Assembly: GCA_963702665.1 (NCBI GenBank)
Contig: CAVPDP010000019.1
Coordinates: forward strand, 331,023-395,022
From: an uncultured Chloroflexia bacterium
GTDB taxonomy: Bacteria; Chloroflexota; Ktedonobacteria; Ktedonobacterales; JADMIN01
DNA: 64,000 nt
Direction of reading: 5' to 3'
Shown here: piece after piece, positions 1 to 10,140 of the stretch
Position numbering within the stretch: position 1 is the stretch's first letter
How the letters are laid out: every line of letters begins with the position of its first letter
Notes under the pieces: model-generated
What the model saw: only the letters and a program-made list of their open reading frames with translations
Database searches by the model: none
What the model was told of the DNA's origin: nothing
Translations under genes and position numbers: made by a program

Positions 1-566
1 GGCCCGGCGAGATCGTCGCGTTGGTCTCCGCGCCTACGGGTGGGATGGTGGAGCGCAGCGACCTCCCAGAGCAGGGCGAGGCGGCGCTCAGGCGCATCCT
101 CGGCGACGGTGGCGCGCCAGAATCGCCTACCTGGTGGGCGGGCATGGGCGAGGCGGCGCGGACTCCACTTGAGGTGCGCCGTTCAGCCACGGAGGCGCAG
201 GATACCGCGCGGCTTGGCCTGCTGGTGGTTGGCTCTGGCCACATCGCACGCACCGCCGACCTTGGTGTCTATCGGCTGTTGCTGGCGCTACGCAAAAGTG
301 GCGACCTCCAGCCGTTTGTCGAGCGTGAGCTGGCTCCACTGCGCAACACGCCCCGCAAAGAAGATCATCTCCTCGAGACGGTCGAGGTGTATCTGGAGTG
401 CAATGGTAATCTCTCGGAGGCGGCGCGGCGTCTCCATCTGCATCGCAACTCGCTGCTCTATCGGCTCCATCACATCCGCGACCTGCTCGGCCACGACCTG
501 GAGAACCCCGAGCTGCGGTTGGCCTTACAACTGGCGTTGAAGGGGCGGCGCGTTCTGGAGCAATAG
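1..566 (+). CDS. PucR/CdaR-family transcriptional regulator, C-terminal part (5' end outside window)
   Basis: The frame is open to the window edge. It carries a PucR-type C-terminal HTH: NLSEAARRLHLHRNSLLYRLHHIRDLLG. Confidence 0.7.
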   Translation, partial: PGEIVALVSAPTGGMVERSDLPEQGEAALRRILGDGGAPESPTWWAGMGEAARTPLEVRRSATEAQDTARLGLLVVGSGHIARTADLGVYRLLLALRKSGDLQPFVERELAPLRNTPRKEDHLLETVEVYLECNGNLSEAARRLHLHRNSLLYRLHHIRDLLGHDLENPELRLALQLALKGRRVLEQ

Positions 567-602
567 CGCCTCAACGCCGGGCGTATGCGCCGCGCTCAGA
601 TG

Positions 603-884
603 TTATTTCTCTGGCGGTTGCGCGGCGGTGGCGTCCAGCATGCGTTCGAGCGCCTCAGCCTGGGCAACCAGCGCGGCGACCTCCGGCGTCCACTCGCCAT
701 CGCGCAGGCGTTCAGCCAGACGAGCGAAGAGTTGGGAGGCGCGCTCCAGGCGCGTGTTCATCGCGTCGAGCCGGTCGAACAGTCGGCCCGCGCCGTCTCC
801 CGCTTGAATGCCAGCCCGCGCCAGCATCGAATCCGTTCCCCCGGGCTTTTGTCGCGACGAGCGCGGCGAGTGCGAGTCTGGCAT
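603..884 (-). CDS. hypothetical small coiled-coil protein
   Basis: This is part of ORF 603..959. The C-terminal half looks helical (LFDRLDAMNTRLERASQLFARLAERLRDGEW). The start was chosen at ATG 884, the SD is weak, and I recognise no family. Confidence 0.3.
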   Translation of the reverse strand: MPDSHSPRSSRQKPGGTDSMLARAGIQAGDGAGRLFDRLDAMNTRLERASQLFARLAERLRDGEWTPEVAALVAQAEALERMLDATAAQPPEK

Positions 885-1165
885 ACTATATATCCTGTCT
901 GGGATGTTTGAGCTATGTGGCGTCTCTCTGGCAGATACCAGTTGTGGACGGCTAGCCATTCGGAGTCTATCGTCCCCGATTCGACCAGTTGTGCTAGACT
1001 GTGTACGACCATCAGGCTGGTTTCACACGTGCTGGAAGCGGCTCTCATTGCGAATCCAATGCGAACCAATTGCTGGAAACTCACAGTACTGCTTGAACGT
1101 CTGTTCACACGAGCAATTGTAGACGGCGATGCCAGGGACGTCAAGCACGTCAAGCGCCTGGCGGG

Positions 1166-3004
1166 ATGGGAGCGGATATTTTCGTGGGAGGACTGCGCAG
1201 CATGCGCGGGAGTCATCAGGCATCGGCTGTGCCAGATACAACAAAGACGATTGGCGCAACAGCGGAACACCCCAGCGCGTTACTTCAGCAACTCAGCAAA
1301 GTAGCGTGGATGGTTGGCGTTGCGTTCTGGCGCCTGAGTCTGCCAGTGATGCTGTTCTTTGTGGCGATACTCCCGCGATGGTCGCTGGCGCACACGCTTG
1401 ATCTCATCACCGATGAAAGCACCTACATTCGCATCGGACGGCTCGATTATACGTTGCTCATCAATGGGCGGCTCGCGAATCCGAAATGGCTGATCAATTA
1501 TGAGGCGCCGTCGCTGCCGAAGATCCTGATGGGCTTTGGTTCGATCTGGGCCTCGCAACATCGTTCCCCAGGCGATTGGTTGATCGGCGCGCGCATCCCC
1601 GGCGTCATTTTGGGATCGTTGTTTGTCGTGCTCATCTACTGGCTGGCGCGGCCCATTTTTGGCAAACTCCCCGCGCTCTTTGGCGCACTGGCGCTGGCGC
1701 TCAGTCCATGGGTCGCCTATTTCTCCGCCATCGCCTATCTGGATAGCTATCTGCTCGGCTTCGTGACGCTCGCGATTCTCGTGACCTGGCATGCCGTGCG
1801 CCACCCATGGTTATTCCTGGTCGTTGGGATGCTGCTGGGCTTGAGTTTCGACTCGAAGTATACCGGCTCGTTCGCCCTGCTCCCCATCGGCGCATACCTC
1901 GCCTATTACTACGCCTTTCGGGCGCATCAGCGGCCACCAAAGCACGTGTGGCTGCTCCCGGTGGCGGCGTTGCTGACCATCTACATCGCCGATCCCGCCA
2001 TCTGGGTCTCTCCCATAGATCGTCTGGTGGATGGCATCGTGTTCCAGTGGGATCATGCGGCTCGCGGGCACTCGGTTTTCCTCAACGGTCTGGTGTGGGA
2101 TCATGTGCCGCCCGGTGAGGTCGTCTTCATCCTCGTCGCCAAGATGAGCCTGTTCATTTGCATCCCCGCGCTGCTGGCGCTGCCCTGGGCGCTCACTCGT
2201 ATCATTCGGGCGAAGGGCCAACCCAGTGGCCGTGATGAGCGTGCGGCGTTCGTCTTCTTCTGGCTCTTTGGGATGCTGCTCCCATTCGGACTGCTCAATA
2301 TCGTCGTGGGCACGCATTATATGCTGCCACTGGCGCCAGCCATCACGTTTATCGGCGCATGGGCGTTGCTGGGCGCGTGTCGCTGGATTGGCCCACGCCT
2401 GGTCGCCTGGGGAGAACGTGGTTTGGCGGCGCTTCGCCCTCGTATTCGCGCGACTGCTACGCTACCATCAGTATCTCTGCCGCGCTGGGCCGCTGTGATG
2501 CGCAAATACTTCACCCAGCGGCGGATACGCCAGCTCGGGGCGCAGGTATTGATCCTCGCGGCGTGTGTGGCGATGACTGTTCCGCCGCTTACCGGCTTGC
2601 TGGGCGTCTCGCAGGCTGAAGGCTACACCAGCGAATGGCTCAACGGCGAGAACTCCTCGCTCCAGGTGGCGTATCCCGCCTATGCCGATGGCACACAGTG
2701 GGTCACCGATCACACAAAAGGCTGGGTGACGGTGACGCTTGTTGGCACGCCTGGGACACTAGACTACTGGATGATGATGCGCCAATACCTCTATCCTGAG
2801 CGCATTCGCCTCGTTCCCTCCAGTGTGGATATGGGGCAGGCGTATGTGCCTCCAAGTGTGCCCGTTGGGCGACCGCTGTACCTCATCTGGCCCGCCCACC
2901 TGGTCCAGCGCCAGTTTCCGACGCTGCCGGACTGGCAGAGCAAGGTTGTTGGAACGATCAAGGGTGGTAGCACCATCTATTGCTACATCATCCGCGTCCA
3001 GTAA
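1166..3004 (+). CDS. polytopic membrane glycosyltransferase, GT-C fold (GT39 / ArnT / PMT-like)
   Basis: A 612-aa ORF with many TM helices. The first loop has a DE motif (ITDESTYIRIGR), typical of PMT/ArnT-type enzymes, and there is a large C-terminal soluble domain. The start is uncertain (ATG 1166, 1202 or 1310). Confidence 0.6.
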   Translation: MGADIFVGGLRSMRGSHQASAVPDTTKTIGATAEHPSALLQQLSKVAWMVGVAFWRLSLPVMLFFVAILPRWSLAHTLDLITDESTYIRIGRLDYTLLINGRLANPKWLINYEAPSLPKILMGFGSIWASQHRSPGDWLIGARIPGVILGSLFVVLIYWLARPIFGKLPALFGALALALSPWVAYFSAIAYLDSYLLGFVTLAILVTWHAVRHPWLFLVVGMLLGLSFDSKYTGSFALLPIGAYLAYYYAFRAHQRPPKHVWLLPVAALLTIYIADPAIWVSPIDRLVDGIVFQWDHAARGHSVFLNGLVWDHVPPGEVVFILVAKMSLFICIPALLALPWALTRIIRAKGQPSGRDERAAFVFFWLFGMLLPFGLLNIVVGTHYMLPLAPAITFIGAWALLGACRWIGPRLVAWGERGLAALRPRIRATATLPSVSLPRWAAVMRKYFTQRRIRQLGAQVLILAACVAMTVPPLTGLLGVSQAEGYTSEWLNGENSSLQVAYPAYADGTQWVTDHTKGWVTVTLVGTPGTLDYWMMMRQYLYPERIRLVPSSVDMGQAYVPPSVPVGRPLYLIWPAHLVQRQFPTLPDWQSKVVGTIKGGSTIYCYIIRVQ

Positions 3005-3081
3005 CTGCTCAGTTCCATCCTCTTGCCAGCAGTGGCATAATAGGTTCTCTTGATGTCACACGGGGCAGAAGGGATAGCTGC

Positions 3082-3918
3082 ATGTCTGGCGCACATGAAC
3101 CTTCTTCGGAAGTAGAGGGCAAAGAATCAGGGACAGCGCGCGATCCGGAGAGTCAGGAGGACGATCTCTTTATTGAGGTCAGCGATCTACGACGGCCGCC
3201 CTATGAACGCGTATCGTTTGTGCCATGGCGACGGCAGAGTGTACAGGTGCCACGGCCGGTGGTGGATGTCGCCCTCGCGGGGATACTTATCTCCCTGTTG
3301 CTGGTTGCGACACCCATTGGTTCCGCGCTCGTCGCCTTCGCCGCTCATCCGACGCCTGCTTCCACCGCCAGGAGCGTCGTCTCCCCTGCCGCTAAGTCTG
3401 CTCAGTTGACGCCTTTGCCTTACCCCACACCGACGCTCAATGTCCCCGCCGTCGGCCCAGTGTCCGCCAACTGCCCGCCAGAAACGCCTCCTGTGGACTT
3501 CAGTTCCGGTGAGACCGTCCCCGGTGTTGGCGGTTCAGGTGTCTGGTTTATCGCCAGTAACAGGAACGGGAAACGCGACGACGTGGAGCTACCACCAGGC
3601 AATTACACGCTAGCTGGTTGGCCTGTCCCGGTGATGGTATACATCAAGCACGGCTTTACCCAGACCATCACCCTTACGGGCCATGATCTGCTCACGGGTT
3701 ACAACCTCTGGTTGTCTCCCGATGCGACTAGTCCTGGCTCTATTGCGGAAACAGCCCCGCTTGCCACGATTAACCCAGGACAGGGTCTGGCCCACACCAT
3801 CGATGCTCAGTGGGATATCTGGTCTGGCGTCCTCTATCTTCCTGGCGCTGGCTGCTACATCGTCCAGGCCAACTGGCCCGGCAACGGCTGGACCATTGAC
3901 TTTGCCGCTGGCCGCTGA
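3082..3918 (+). CDS. hypothetical single-pass membrane protein with extracytoplasmic domain
   Basis: ATG 3082 lies within ORF 2980..3918. It has an acidic N-terminus, one TM helix (VALAGILISLLLVATPIGSALVAF), a Pro/Thr linker and a C-terminal domain. No family recognised. Confidence 0.5.
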   Translation: MSGAHEPSSEVEGKESGTARDPESQEDDLFIEVSDLRRPPYERVSFVPWRRQSVQVPRPVVDVALAGILISLLLVATPIGSALVAFAAHPTPASTARSVVSPAAKSAQLTPLPYPTPTLNVPAVGPVSANCPPETPPVDFSSGETVPGVGGSGVWFIASNRNGKRDDVELPPGNYTLAGWPVPVMVYIKHGFTQTITLTGHDLLTGYNLWLSPDATSPGSIAETAPLATINPGQGLAHTIDAQWDIWSGVLYLPGAGCYIVQANWPGNGWTIDFAAGR

Positions 3919-4646
3919 AGGGGGGGCCACGCGCGCCTCTGGTCCCCTCTCCTGTAGGAGAGGGGGTTAGGGGGTGAGGTCGCACTCCAGGAGAAGAACT
4001 CAAACGAGTTCAGTATCTGCTGGAAGAATGGCTCTATCGTCAGGTAGGTATCCACCGGGGCTAACTCGAGCATATACACGGTATGGCCGCCGTGAATGAC
4101 CGCCAGGGCTGTCGCGTGCATCGCCGTGGGCTGCTTATTCACCTCCACAGTCACATCGCCTGATTCTTGTGTCCAGGACTCACCCGCGATAAATACCGAC
4201 GTCGGCCCGCTCCGGTTGGCAACGCCCGTTTTCTGCCCCAGCAACGACAGTTCCTGTTCCACGATCTGTTGCGCTGGAACATCGGTTGTCGAGAGCGTGC
4301 CGATATCGAAGCTCGCGCCAGTGATGGGATTCGCGAAGATGGCCAAACGTGGCTGCGTTCCGGGCGCGTTTTGCGCGGTCAGAAACCAGCCCGTGGGATA
4401 GCCGACGGTGAAGACCTGGTCGCCATCGGTGAAGGTCGTGAGAACGGCTGGCGCGGTGGCCGTTGGCGCGGGAGTGACGGTGGAGGCGGCGGGTGTGGAT
4501 GTCGCGTTGAAGAACGGCAGCCGCCCATTCGCGAACAGCACCCCTGCCGCGCCAACCACCAGCAACAACAGAATCAGCAACAAAACGGAGATAATAGCGG
4601 CTGGGTTACGCGTGCGTGGGGACGGTTGTTTGGCGGGGGGATTCAT
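3855..4646 (-). CDS. single-pass membrane protein with extracytoplasmic alpha/beta (PsbP/DUF1795-like) domain
   Basis: A 263-aa ORF with TM helix AAIISVLLLILLLLVVGAAGVLF, a Thr/Ala/Pro linker, then FTVGYPTGWFL... The last ~45 codons read through the REP hairpin and overlap the neighbouring gene, so the true stop is doubtful. Confidence 0.55.
   Translation of the reverse strand: MNPPAKQPSPRTRNPAAIISVLLLILLLLVVGAAGVLFANGRLPFFNATSTPAASTVTPAPTATAPAVLTTFTDGDQVFTVGYPTGWFLTAQNAPGTQPRLAIFANPITGASFDIGTLSTTDVPAQQIVEQELSLLGQKTGVANRSGPTSVFIAGESWTQESGDVTVEVNKQPTAMHATALAVIHGGHTVYMLELAPVDTYLTIEPFFQQILNSFEFFSWSATSPPNPLSYRRGDQRRAWPPLQRPAAKSMVQPLPGQLAWTM
3921..3985. repeat. REP-like GC hairpin repeat (copy 1)
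   Basis: Hairpin CCCCTCTCC-tgta-GGAGAGGGG (3944-3965) followed by gttagggggtgaggtc. This is the reverse complement of the copies at 12558 and 38975. Confidence 0.8.
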
Positions 4647-4790
4647 CGGCGCCAGCAGCCGGAACGCCTGGCCACGCGGCTGGCGCGTCCACAGGCAGCG
4701 CTGGCTGTGTCTGTGGCTCGGTGGTTGGCATTGCGGGCGCCGGTACCGTCTGCGTACGCTCAGGCGTCGGCGCCATGGGATAATCCGCTG

Positions 4791-5054
4791 TCACATCGCC
4801 AGCGGTGGCGTTCGCGGGATTGGCGGAATCGGAGTCCTGGCAGCCTGAGCGACGCTGATGGGCACAGAGGCTTTGGTTGTCTCGTCGACACCAGGCACAG
4901 GGAAGAAGATGCTGGGGCGCGTCGCGGAATCATCTTCCGCCGCGCTGGCCGACGCGGGAGCGGAAATCGGCGCGCCACAACTGGGGCACGCCATCGCCGT
5001 TCCCGGCGCCAGGGCCGTTCGCCGCCCGCAGACAGCACACACAATTTCCTGCAT
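4791..5054 (-). CDS. zinc-ribbon domain protein, probably the N-terminal part of the 3855..4646 gene
   Basis: ATG 5054 has GGAG 8 nt upstream. The motif CAVCGRRT...CPSCGAPI is a CxxC..CxxC ribbon, followed by a Pro-rich tail. It is in the same frame as 3855..4646, but the Pro-rich linker between them lies in another frame. Confidence 0.5.
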   Translation of the reverse strand: MQEIVCAVCGRRTALAPGTAMACPSCGAPISAPASASAAEDDSATRPSIFFPVPGVDETTKASVPISVAQAARTPIPPIPRTPPLAM

Positions 5055-5189
5055 AGAACTACTCCAGTGGATGACCGTCGAGGGTGCGCCATCATCCATT
5101 GCGTACATGTACCGCAATGCAATAGCATGGCTCGTACCTAGCAGTGAGATGCGTTGGCGCGCCCTTGACAGTGGTGGCGTAACGCGGCG

Positions 5190-5486
5190 CTATTTTGTGT
5201 TCTTCGGCCCAATCACGCTGTAGAGCAGCGGGCCAATCAAGACTGGCGACAGGATAATCAGCGCAATCAGCCAGCCCCAGCGGCGTTCCTGGATGGAGTC
5301 GAAGAGCGCGACAATCCACGCAATCAAATAGACGACGGCCGCCACAAGGTACGCGATAAGGCTCAGGCCGATGTTGCTTGACCCAAAGACTCCGCCTTGT
5401 GCCAGCAACACGCCAACGGCGATCAGCGCGACGGTGATGAGAGTCAGGATGAGGACGGTCCATTTGCTCAAGAAGGTGTACTTCAC
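5190..5486 (-). CDS. small membrane protein, PLD-nuclease N-terminal (PLDc_N)-like
   Basis: 98 aa with 3 TM helices. The C-terminal motif RRWGWLIALIILSPVLIGPLLYSVIGPK resembles the PLDc_N family. Confidence 0.55.
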   Translation of the reverse strand: MKYTFLSKWTVLILTLITVALIAVGVLLAQGGVFGSSNIGLSLIAYLVAAVVYLIAWIVALFDSIQERRWGWLIALIILSPVLIGPLLYSVIGPKNTK

Positions 5487-5691
5487 GTGCGATGCCCTTT
5501 CATGTCTGCGGGTGGCGCATCAAGCGCTCCCTATAGTGTACGCACAAAGCGCCTGCTATGTGTCAGGCGCTTGAAGAGAGCGTGCCATATTTGTGGGTTT
5601 GAAACAACCCTCCAAAGCGCGTGACCGGGCTACGCACATTCTTGCATAGCAACACGCCAATGTGAATATGTTTGCCAGAATCTCGCGCTGT

Positions 5692-6066
5692 TTAAGGTCG
5701 CAGCCACTTCTCGCCATATGCGCGTAGCGCCGTGATGACGGCCACCGCGTCATGTCCCTTCGGCGTCAGTTCATACTCGACACGCGGCGGAATCTCGGCG
5801 TAGATGCGACGGGTAGCCAACCCCTCAGCCATCATTTTGCGCAGGCGGTCGGTAAGCACACGCGGGCTGATGCCCGTGGACGCCTGGAGCGCCGTGAATC
5901 GGCGGGGCGCATCGGCGAGATCGCGCACCAGCAGCAGCGTCCAGGAGTCGCCCAGAACCGCTACCGCCGCCGCTACCCCGCAGAACGTCTCTCCGCCTGG
6001 CTGGTCAACGGTGTGATCCTCTCGATAGAGACCCTCATCTTCGTACACTTCTTGGTCTGACATCAT
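5692..6066 (-). CDS. HxlR-family winged-helix transcriptional regulator
   Basis: LGDSWTLLLVRDL...RRFTALQASTGISPRVLTDRLRKMMAEGLATRRIYAEIPPRVEYELTPKG is a canonical HxlR signature. Confidence 0.85.
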   Translation of the reverse strand: MMSDQEVYEDEGLYREDHTVDQPGGETFCGVAAAVAVLGDSWTLLLVRDLADAPRRFTALQASTGISPRVLTDRLRKMMAEGLATRRIYAEIPPRVEYELTPKGHDAVAVITALRAYGEKWLRP

Positions 6067-6152
6067 ACTATCCCTTCGTCGCTCTCCAGATTCTCAGTCT
6101 CTAGATGTTTCTTCTTTGACAGTGGCGACATTTCACACCCTGTGAATCATAC

Positions 6153-6181
6153 TTGACATTAGTTCTTGCCTATGCTATACA
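6153..6181 (+). promoter_or_regulatory. sigma70-type promoter for the VOC gene
   Basis: TTGACA (6153-6158), a 17-nt spacer, then TATACA (6176-6181), in an AT-rich divergent intergenic region. Confidence 0.45.
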
Positions 6182-6246
6182 TTATATAGTTACTGTTCAC
6201 CAGATAGCAATAGCACATCTGAGATCCTTCATCGGGAGGTATTGAT

Positions 6247-7173
6247 ATGACTCAAGAGACACAACAGCAAGGGACAGCGGCTACCGCGTCCGCGATTGAC
6301 CCAGCGACCCAGGTTGGCATGGTCGCGCTGACCGTGGCCGACCTCGAGCGGTCGTTACGCTTCTACTCCGACATCTTTGGCTTTACCCTGCATGCCCGGA
6401 ATGCGGGCGAGGCGACACTGGGCACGCCCTCGGCGCCGCTGCTGCTCTTGCGCGAGCAGGCTGGCGCGCGTCCGTGGCCGCATGACCAATACGCCTACAC
6501 GGGGCTGTATCACTTTGCGGTGCTTGTGCCGACCCGCCGCGATCTGGGGCGCTGGCTGCGCCACTGGCTAGCGTTGGGGCTGCCGCTGCCGGGACAGGGC
6601 GACCATCTGGTGAGCGAGGCGCTCTATATCTCCGATCCCGATGGCAACGGCATCGAGATTTACCGCGACCGCCCGCGCAGTGAGTGGCATTGGGATAACG
6701 GGCAGGTGCGCATGGCTGCCGATCCGGTGGACATCAGAGGCGTGCTGGCCGAGGCTGAAGCGGACGACGAGCCGTGGACTGGTTTCCCCGATGGCACGCG
6801 CGTTGGCCATATCCATCTTCAGGTCGGCGATATTCCGCAGGCCGTGGTGTTCTACCATGACATCCTGGGCTTCGATATCGTCGCGACGATGCCGAGCGCG
6901 CTCTTTGTCTCGGCGGGCGGCTATCACCACCACATCGGCATGAACATCTGGCACAGCCGCAACGCGCCACCAGCGCCCGCAGACACAGCCGGACTTCGCT
7001 TCTTCACCCTGGAGCTACCCAGCGAAGAGGCGCGCGCCGCAGTCGCCGCACGGCTCACCGCCGCTGGTATCGCTAGCACACAGACGCCCGACGCGGTTAT
7101 CGTGCAGGATCCGTGGCAGAATACGCTGGTGCTCCAGCTTGGGCCAGCGGGCGACGCCGACCACCGCCGATAG
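6247..7173 (+). CDS. two-domain VOC-family protein (glyoxalase / extradiol dioxygenase-like)
   Basis: 308 aa with two VOC modules (VGMVALTVADLERSLRFYSDIFGF... and VGHIHLQVGDIPQAVVFYHDILGF...). A GGGAGG SD sits upstream, and the gene is divergent from hxlR. Confidence 0.8.
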   Translation: MTQETQQQGTAATASAIDPATQVGMVALTVADLERSLRFYSDIFGFTLHARNAGEATLGTPSAPLLLLREQAGARPWPHDQYAYTGLYHFAVLVPTRRDLGRWLRHWLALGLPLPGQGDHLVSEALYISDPDGNGIEIYRDRPRSEWHWDNGQVRMAADPVDIRGVLAEAEADDEPWTGFPDGTRVGHIHLQVGDIPQAVVFYHDILGFDIVATMPSALFVSAGGYHHHIGMNIWHSRNAPPAPADTAGLRFFTLELPSEEARAAVAARLTAAGIASTQTPDAVIVQDPWQNTLVLQLGPAGDADHRR

Positions 7174-7229
7174 GCTGCGCGACGCGGCGCAGAAGTAAGA
7201 CGTTAGCACAATAGAATTACAGAACGGCT

Positions 7230-7270
7230 ATCCCCGGCAGAAATCGCCTGTCGGGGATGTTTGTTTTCGT
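7230..7270 (+). terminator. intrinsic terminator
   Basis: An 11-bp stem (7230-7240 with 7248-7258, ATCCCCGGCAG/CTGTCGGGGAT, one G-U pair), a 7-nt loop, then gtttgttttcgt. Confidence 0.7.
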
Positions 7271-7329
7271 ATGAGGCCAAACTTCCACATATGCTGTCGC
7301 GGATTGGCGGGAGCATATGGCGTAACAGG

Positions 7330-8547
7330 CTAAACGGCGGCTTGTGCTTTCTCGATCAAGGTGTGCGCCTGTGTCTCAGCGGCTTCCGCCTCAGACATAC
7401 GACCAAGCATGCGCAGCAACACGCTTTTGTTTTTCCAGTACTCTATCCCGTCTGGGTCTGTGGAAATCTGATGTGCAACCTTTGCCAAGCCTTGTAGCGC
7501 GGCTGCCTGGGCTTCTTCCGATTGTCCAAGGTGAGCCAAAGCATCAGCCTGAATTATCCATACCGTGGATGATTCAGGCCCCAATGGCAAGGCTCTTCGG
7601 GCAGTGTCCAGGGCATCCGCATAGTTACCTGTGCTATTCAATGCGCCTGCCTTTGCTACCAAAGCCATCCCTTGCCATATATCAAATGTGGCGTTGAGGC
7701 CGCCATTGAGCGCCCGCTCAGCGGAAGCCAGAGCCTGCTCAGGGAATCCTGCGCGCTGGAGGAGGTACGCCTTCTGAGCCCATGAATAGGGATAGTTTGG
7801 CTTGAGCGTGAGTGATTGGTCAATGGCAGTCAGTGCTTCGTTCAAGCGATACATGGACAAGAGGATACCGCTCTTGAGCAGCAAAATTCGCGCGCGGAAT
7901 GGATCGGAAGACGGCTTAGGATTTAATGTCGCCACTGCCTTCTCACATGATAGAAGCGCCTCAACCCAGTGTCTCTGCCCCGTGAGGGTTTGTGCTTTGC
8001 CATACCATGCATTCGCATCCTGTGGATGTTTGGCCAACATACGCTCGTAGATCACCTGGGCTTCTGTATAGCGTTTCTTATTGAGAAGTTTGGTTGAGCG
8101 ATACATGCTGTATACGTATGCTAACAATTGCCCGCTACTTCGGACATCATAGACAAAGACCGTTGCGACGACCAGAAATGCAATAGCGCCTATTTCGAGG
8201 GACTGGCCGGTGACATGGCCATCTGGGCCTAGCGCGAAGTCAGAAAGAAACACATACAAGCAAACCCCGAAGCCAATTGAGACAAGAATGGTAAACGTAG
8301 CGACTCCCAGCAACGGCTTACGGCCCATCGTAAGGAGCATCCGGGTAGCCAGGCGTATCACGATGCCAAGCGCGGCAAGGAGAAAGACTCCTCCCCAGAA
8401 CAGCCAGAACAATACGATATCCACTTGTTGACCCCCGATATGTAGAGAAAGCCTACCATCCCCCAATACTCTCTCATGATAACAAAGGGCGTCAACGCAT
8501 CTTATCCAGATACCTATGTAGATACAATGGGTGACAGGGGCCATCAA
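7330..8547 (-). CDS. membrane-anchored TPR-repeat protein
   Basis: 405 aa with N-terminal TM helices followed by multiple TPR-like repeats (NAWYGKAQTL..., YSWAQKAYLLQRAG...). GC is visibly lower than in the flanks. The start is uncertain. Confidence 0.6.
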   Translation of the reverse strand: MMAPVTHCIYIGIWIRCVDALCYHERVLGDGRLSLHIGGQQVDIVLFWLFWGGVFLLAALGIVIRLATRMLLTMGRKPLLGVATFTILVSIGFGVCLYVFLSDFALGPDGHVTGQSLEIGAIAFLVVATVFVYDVRSSGQLLAYVYSMYRSTKLLNKKRYTEAQVIYERMLAKHPQDANAWYGKAQTLTGQRHWVEALLSCEKAVATLNPKPSSDPFRARILLLKSGILLSMYRLNEALTAIDQSLTLKPNYPYSWAQKAYLLQRAGFPEQALASAERALNGGLNATFDIWQGMALVAKAGALNSTGNYADALDTARRALPLGPESSTVWIIQADALAHLGQSEEAQAAALQGLAKVAHQISTDPDGIEYWKNKSVLLRMLGRMSEAEAAETQAHTLIEKAQAAV

Positions 8548-8587
8548 CTGTCACCCTGCTCGCTCGCTCGTATATGAGGCCAAAAGG

Positions 8588-9956
8588 TCAGACGCGGGTG
8601 CTGCGCCAGCGTCCGCTGCGGAAGCGCCAGTAGGAGAGGCCAGCCTGGGTCCAGAAGTCGAGGCCCATCGCCAGGCGCGCTCCCGGCAACCCCCACAATG
8701 GTATCAGCAGCGCCGCCACTGGCAGCCGCAGACCCCATGTGCCCGCCGCGCGCACCACCACCGGAAAACGGGTATCGCCCGCGCCACGTAACGCGCCGTT
8801 GAAGACGAAGCTGCACGCCGAGGCGGGCATCAGCACCAGCGAGAGACGCATGGCGATGTCGCCCGCGTTCAACACCGACCGATCGGCGACGAACACGCCG
8901 AGCAAGAGGTGGGGTATGAACGCCTCGAAGAGGCCAACGATAATCATGACCACGACGGCAGGGCGCAGCGATGCCCAGACCGAGCGCTCAGCCAGCCCGG
9001 CGTCGCGCGCGCCAAGCGCCTGACCGACCAACGCCGTCGCCGCGACCGAGAAGCCGAAGCCCGGCAGCGTGCCGATGCTATCCACCGTGTTGATGGTCAC
9101 ATTGGCGGCGTAGGTGACTGGCCCCAGGCCAATGACGACACGATTGAAGGTCAGCACCCCAAGCTGGAAGACGACGAGTTCAGCCGCAGAGGGCAGCCCA
9201 ACCTTGAGTACCCGTCCCATGACGCTGAGACTGGGGCGAAGCGCCGCGCGGGTGAGCCGTGGCGCGCGCGGATGGTGGCGCGTTATCAGGATAGAACGCG
9301 AGGATGCAGCCGAATGTCCATCCGGTGGCGGCGCCAATGGCGGAGCCAACCACGCCAATCGTCGGAATCCCAAGCGCCGGAACGCCATTCATCAGGGTCC
9401 AGGAGGCGATGATATTCGCGCCGTTGACGACCAGCATCACCAGCAGTGGACGCCGCGCATCGCCCGCGCCACGCATCGCCGCGTTCATGGCGGAGGCAGC
9501 GCCCGCAGCGGGCATCGTCAGACTGTAGACGCGAATGTATGACGCCGCAAGTTCGGCCTCTTTGCCGCTGACGCCGAGCAATTCGATGATGCCATGCGCG
9601 AGCGGGATCGCCAGGCCAATCATCGCCAGACCGATGATCGCGCCGAGCCAGATGCCCTGGCCAACCGTGCGCGCGGCGAGGCGGCTATCGCGCGCGCCAG
9701 TTGCCCGCGCCACCAGCGCCGTCACCCCGATATTGACGCCGAAAAAGACGGTCAGCACGATCCATGCGGCGGTGCTGGCAATGCCGACGGCGGCCACTGC
9801 CGTCGCGCGCCCATAGCCGAGCGTGTGAACAGCCTGATCTGCCAAATGACCAGCGAGGAAGGTATCGGAGACGCCGACACCGAGCGAGAGCAGTTGTTCG
9901 CCAATCGACGGCAGCGCCAGTCCCCAGACGCGGCGTTTCAGATCTTTGTCCGCCAT
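8588..9956 (-). pseudogene. MATE-family efflux transporter, split by a frameshift near 9296-9310
   Basis: ORF 9180..9956 is the N-terminal MATE half (LALPSIGEQLLSLGVGVSDTFLAGHL). ORF 8588..9388 is the C-terminal half (LKVGLPSAAELVVFQLG...). They join if one C is removed in TATCCTGAT, giving ...ILAFYLITRHHPRAP... Confidence 0.8.
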
Positions 9957-10140
9957 CGGTACCTGCGTCGTCGGCGCGGAAACGGTGAGCGCTGTTCCCG
10001 CCGCTGGCGCCGTGATGGTGGTGGTTGTGGCGTTGTCACGGCCGCACGGCGGGTATTCACCCGGCGACGACCGATAATGACGCCACCATGTAGCGTACGC
10101 AGGCGTGGGCGCGCGCTCAGGCGGCGTGGCGCACGTGTGG

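Noticed and set aside
4791-4793. The in-frame TGA between the zinc-ribbon ORF and the 3855..4646 ORF was considered as another selenocysteine codon.
   Set aside because: Reading through in that frame gives Arg-rich nonsense (QRIIPWRRRLSVRRRYRRPQ...). The neighbouring frame encodes a convincing Pro/Thr/Ala linker, so two compensating frameshifts explain it better than Sec.
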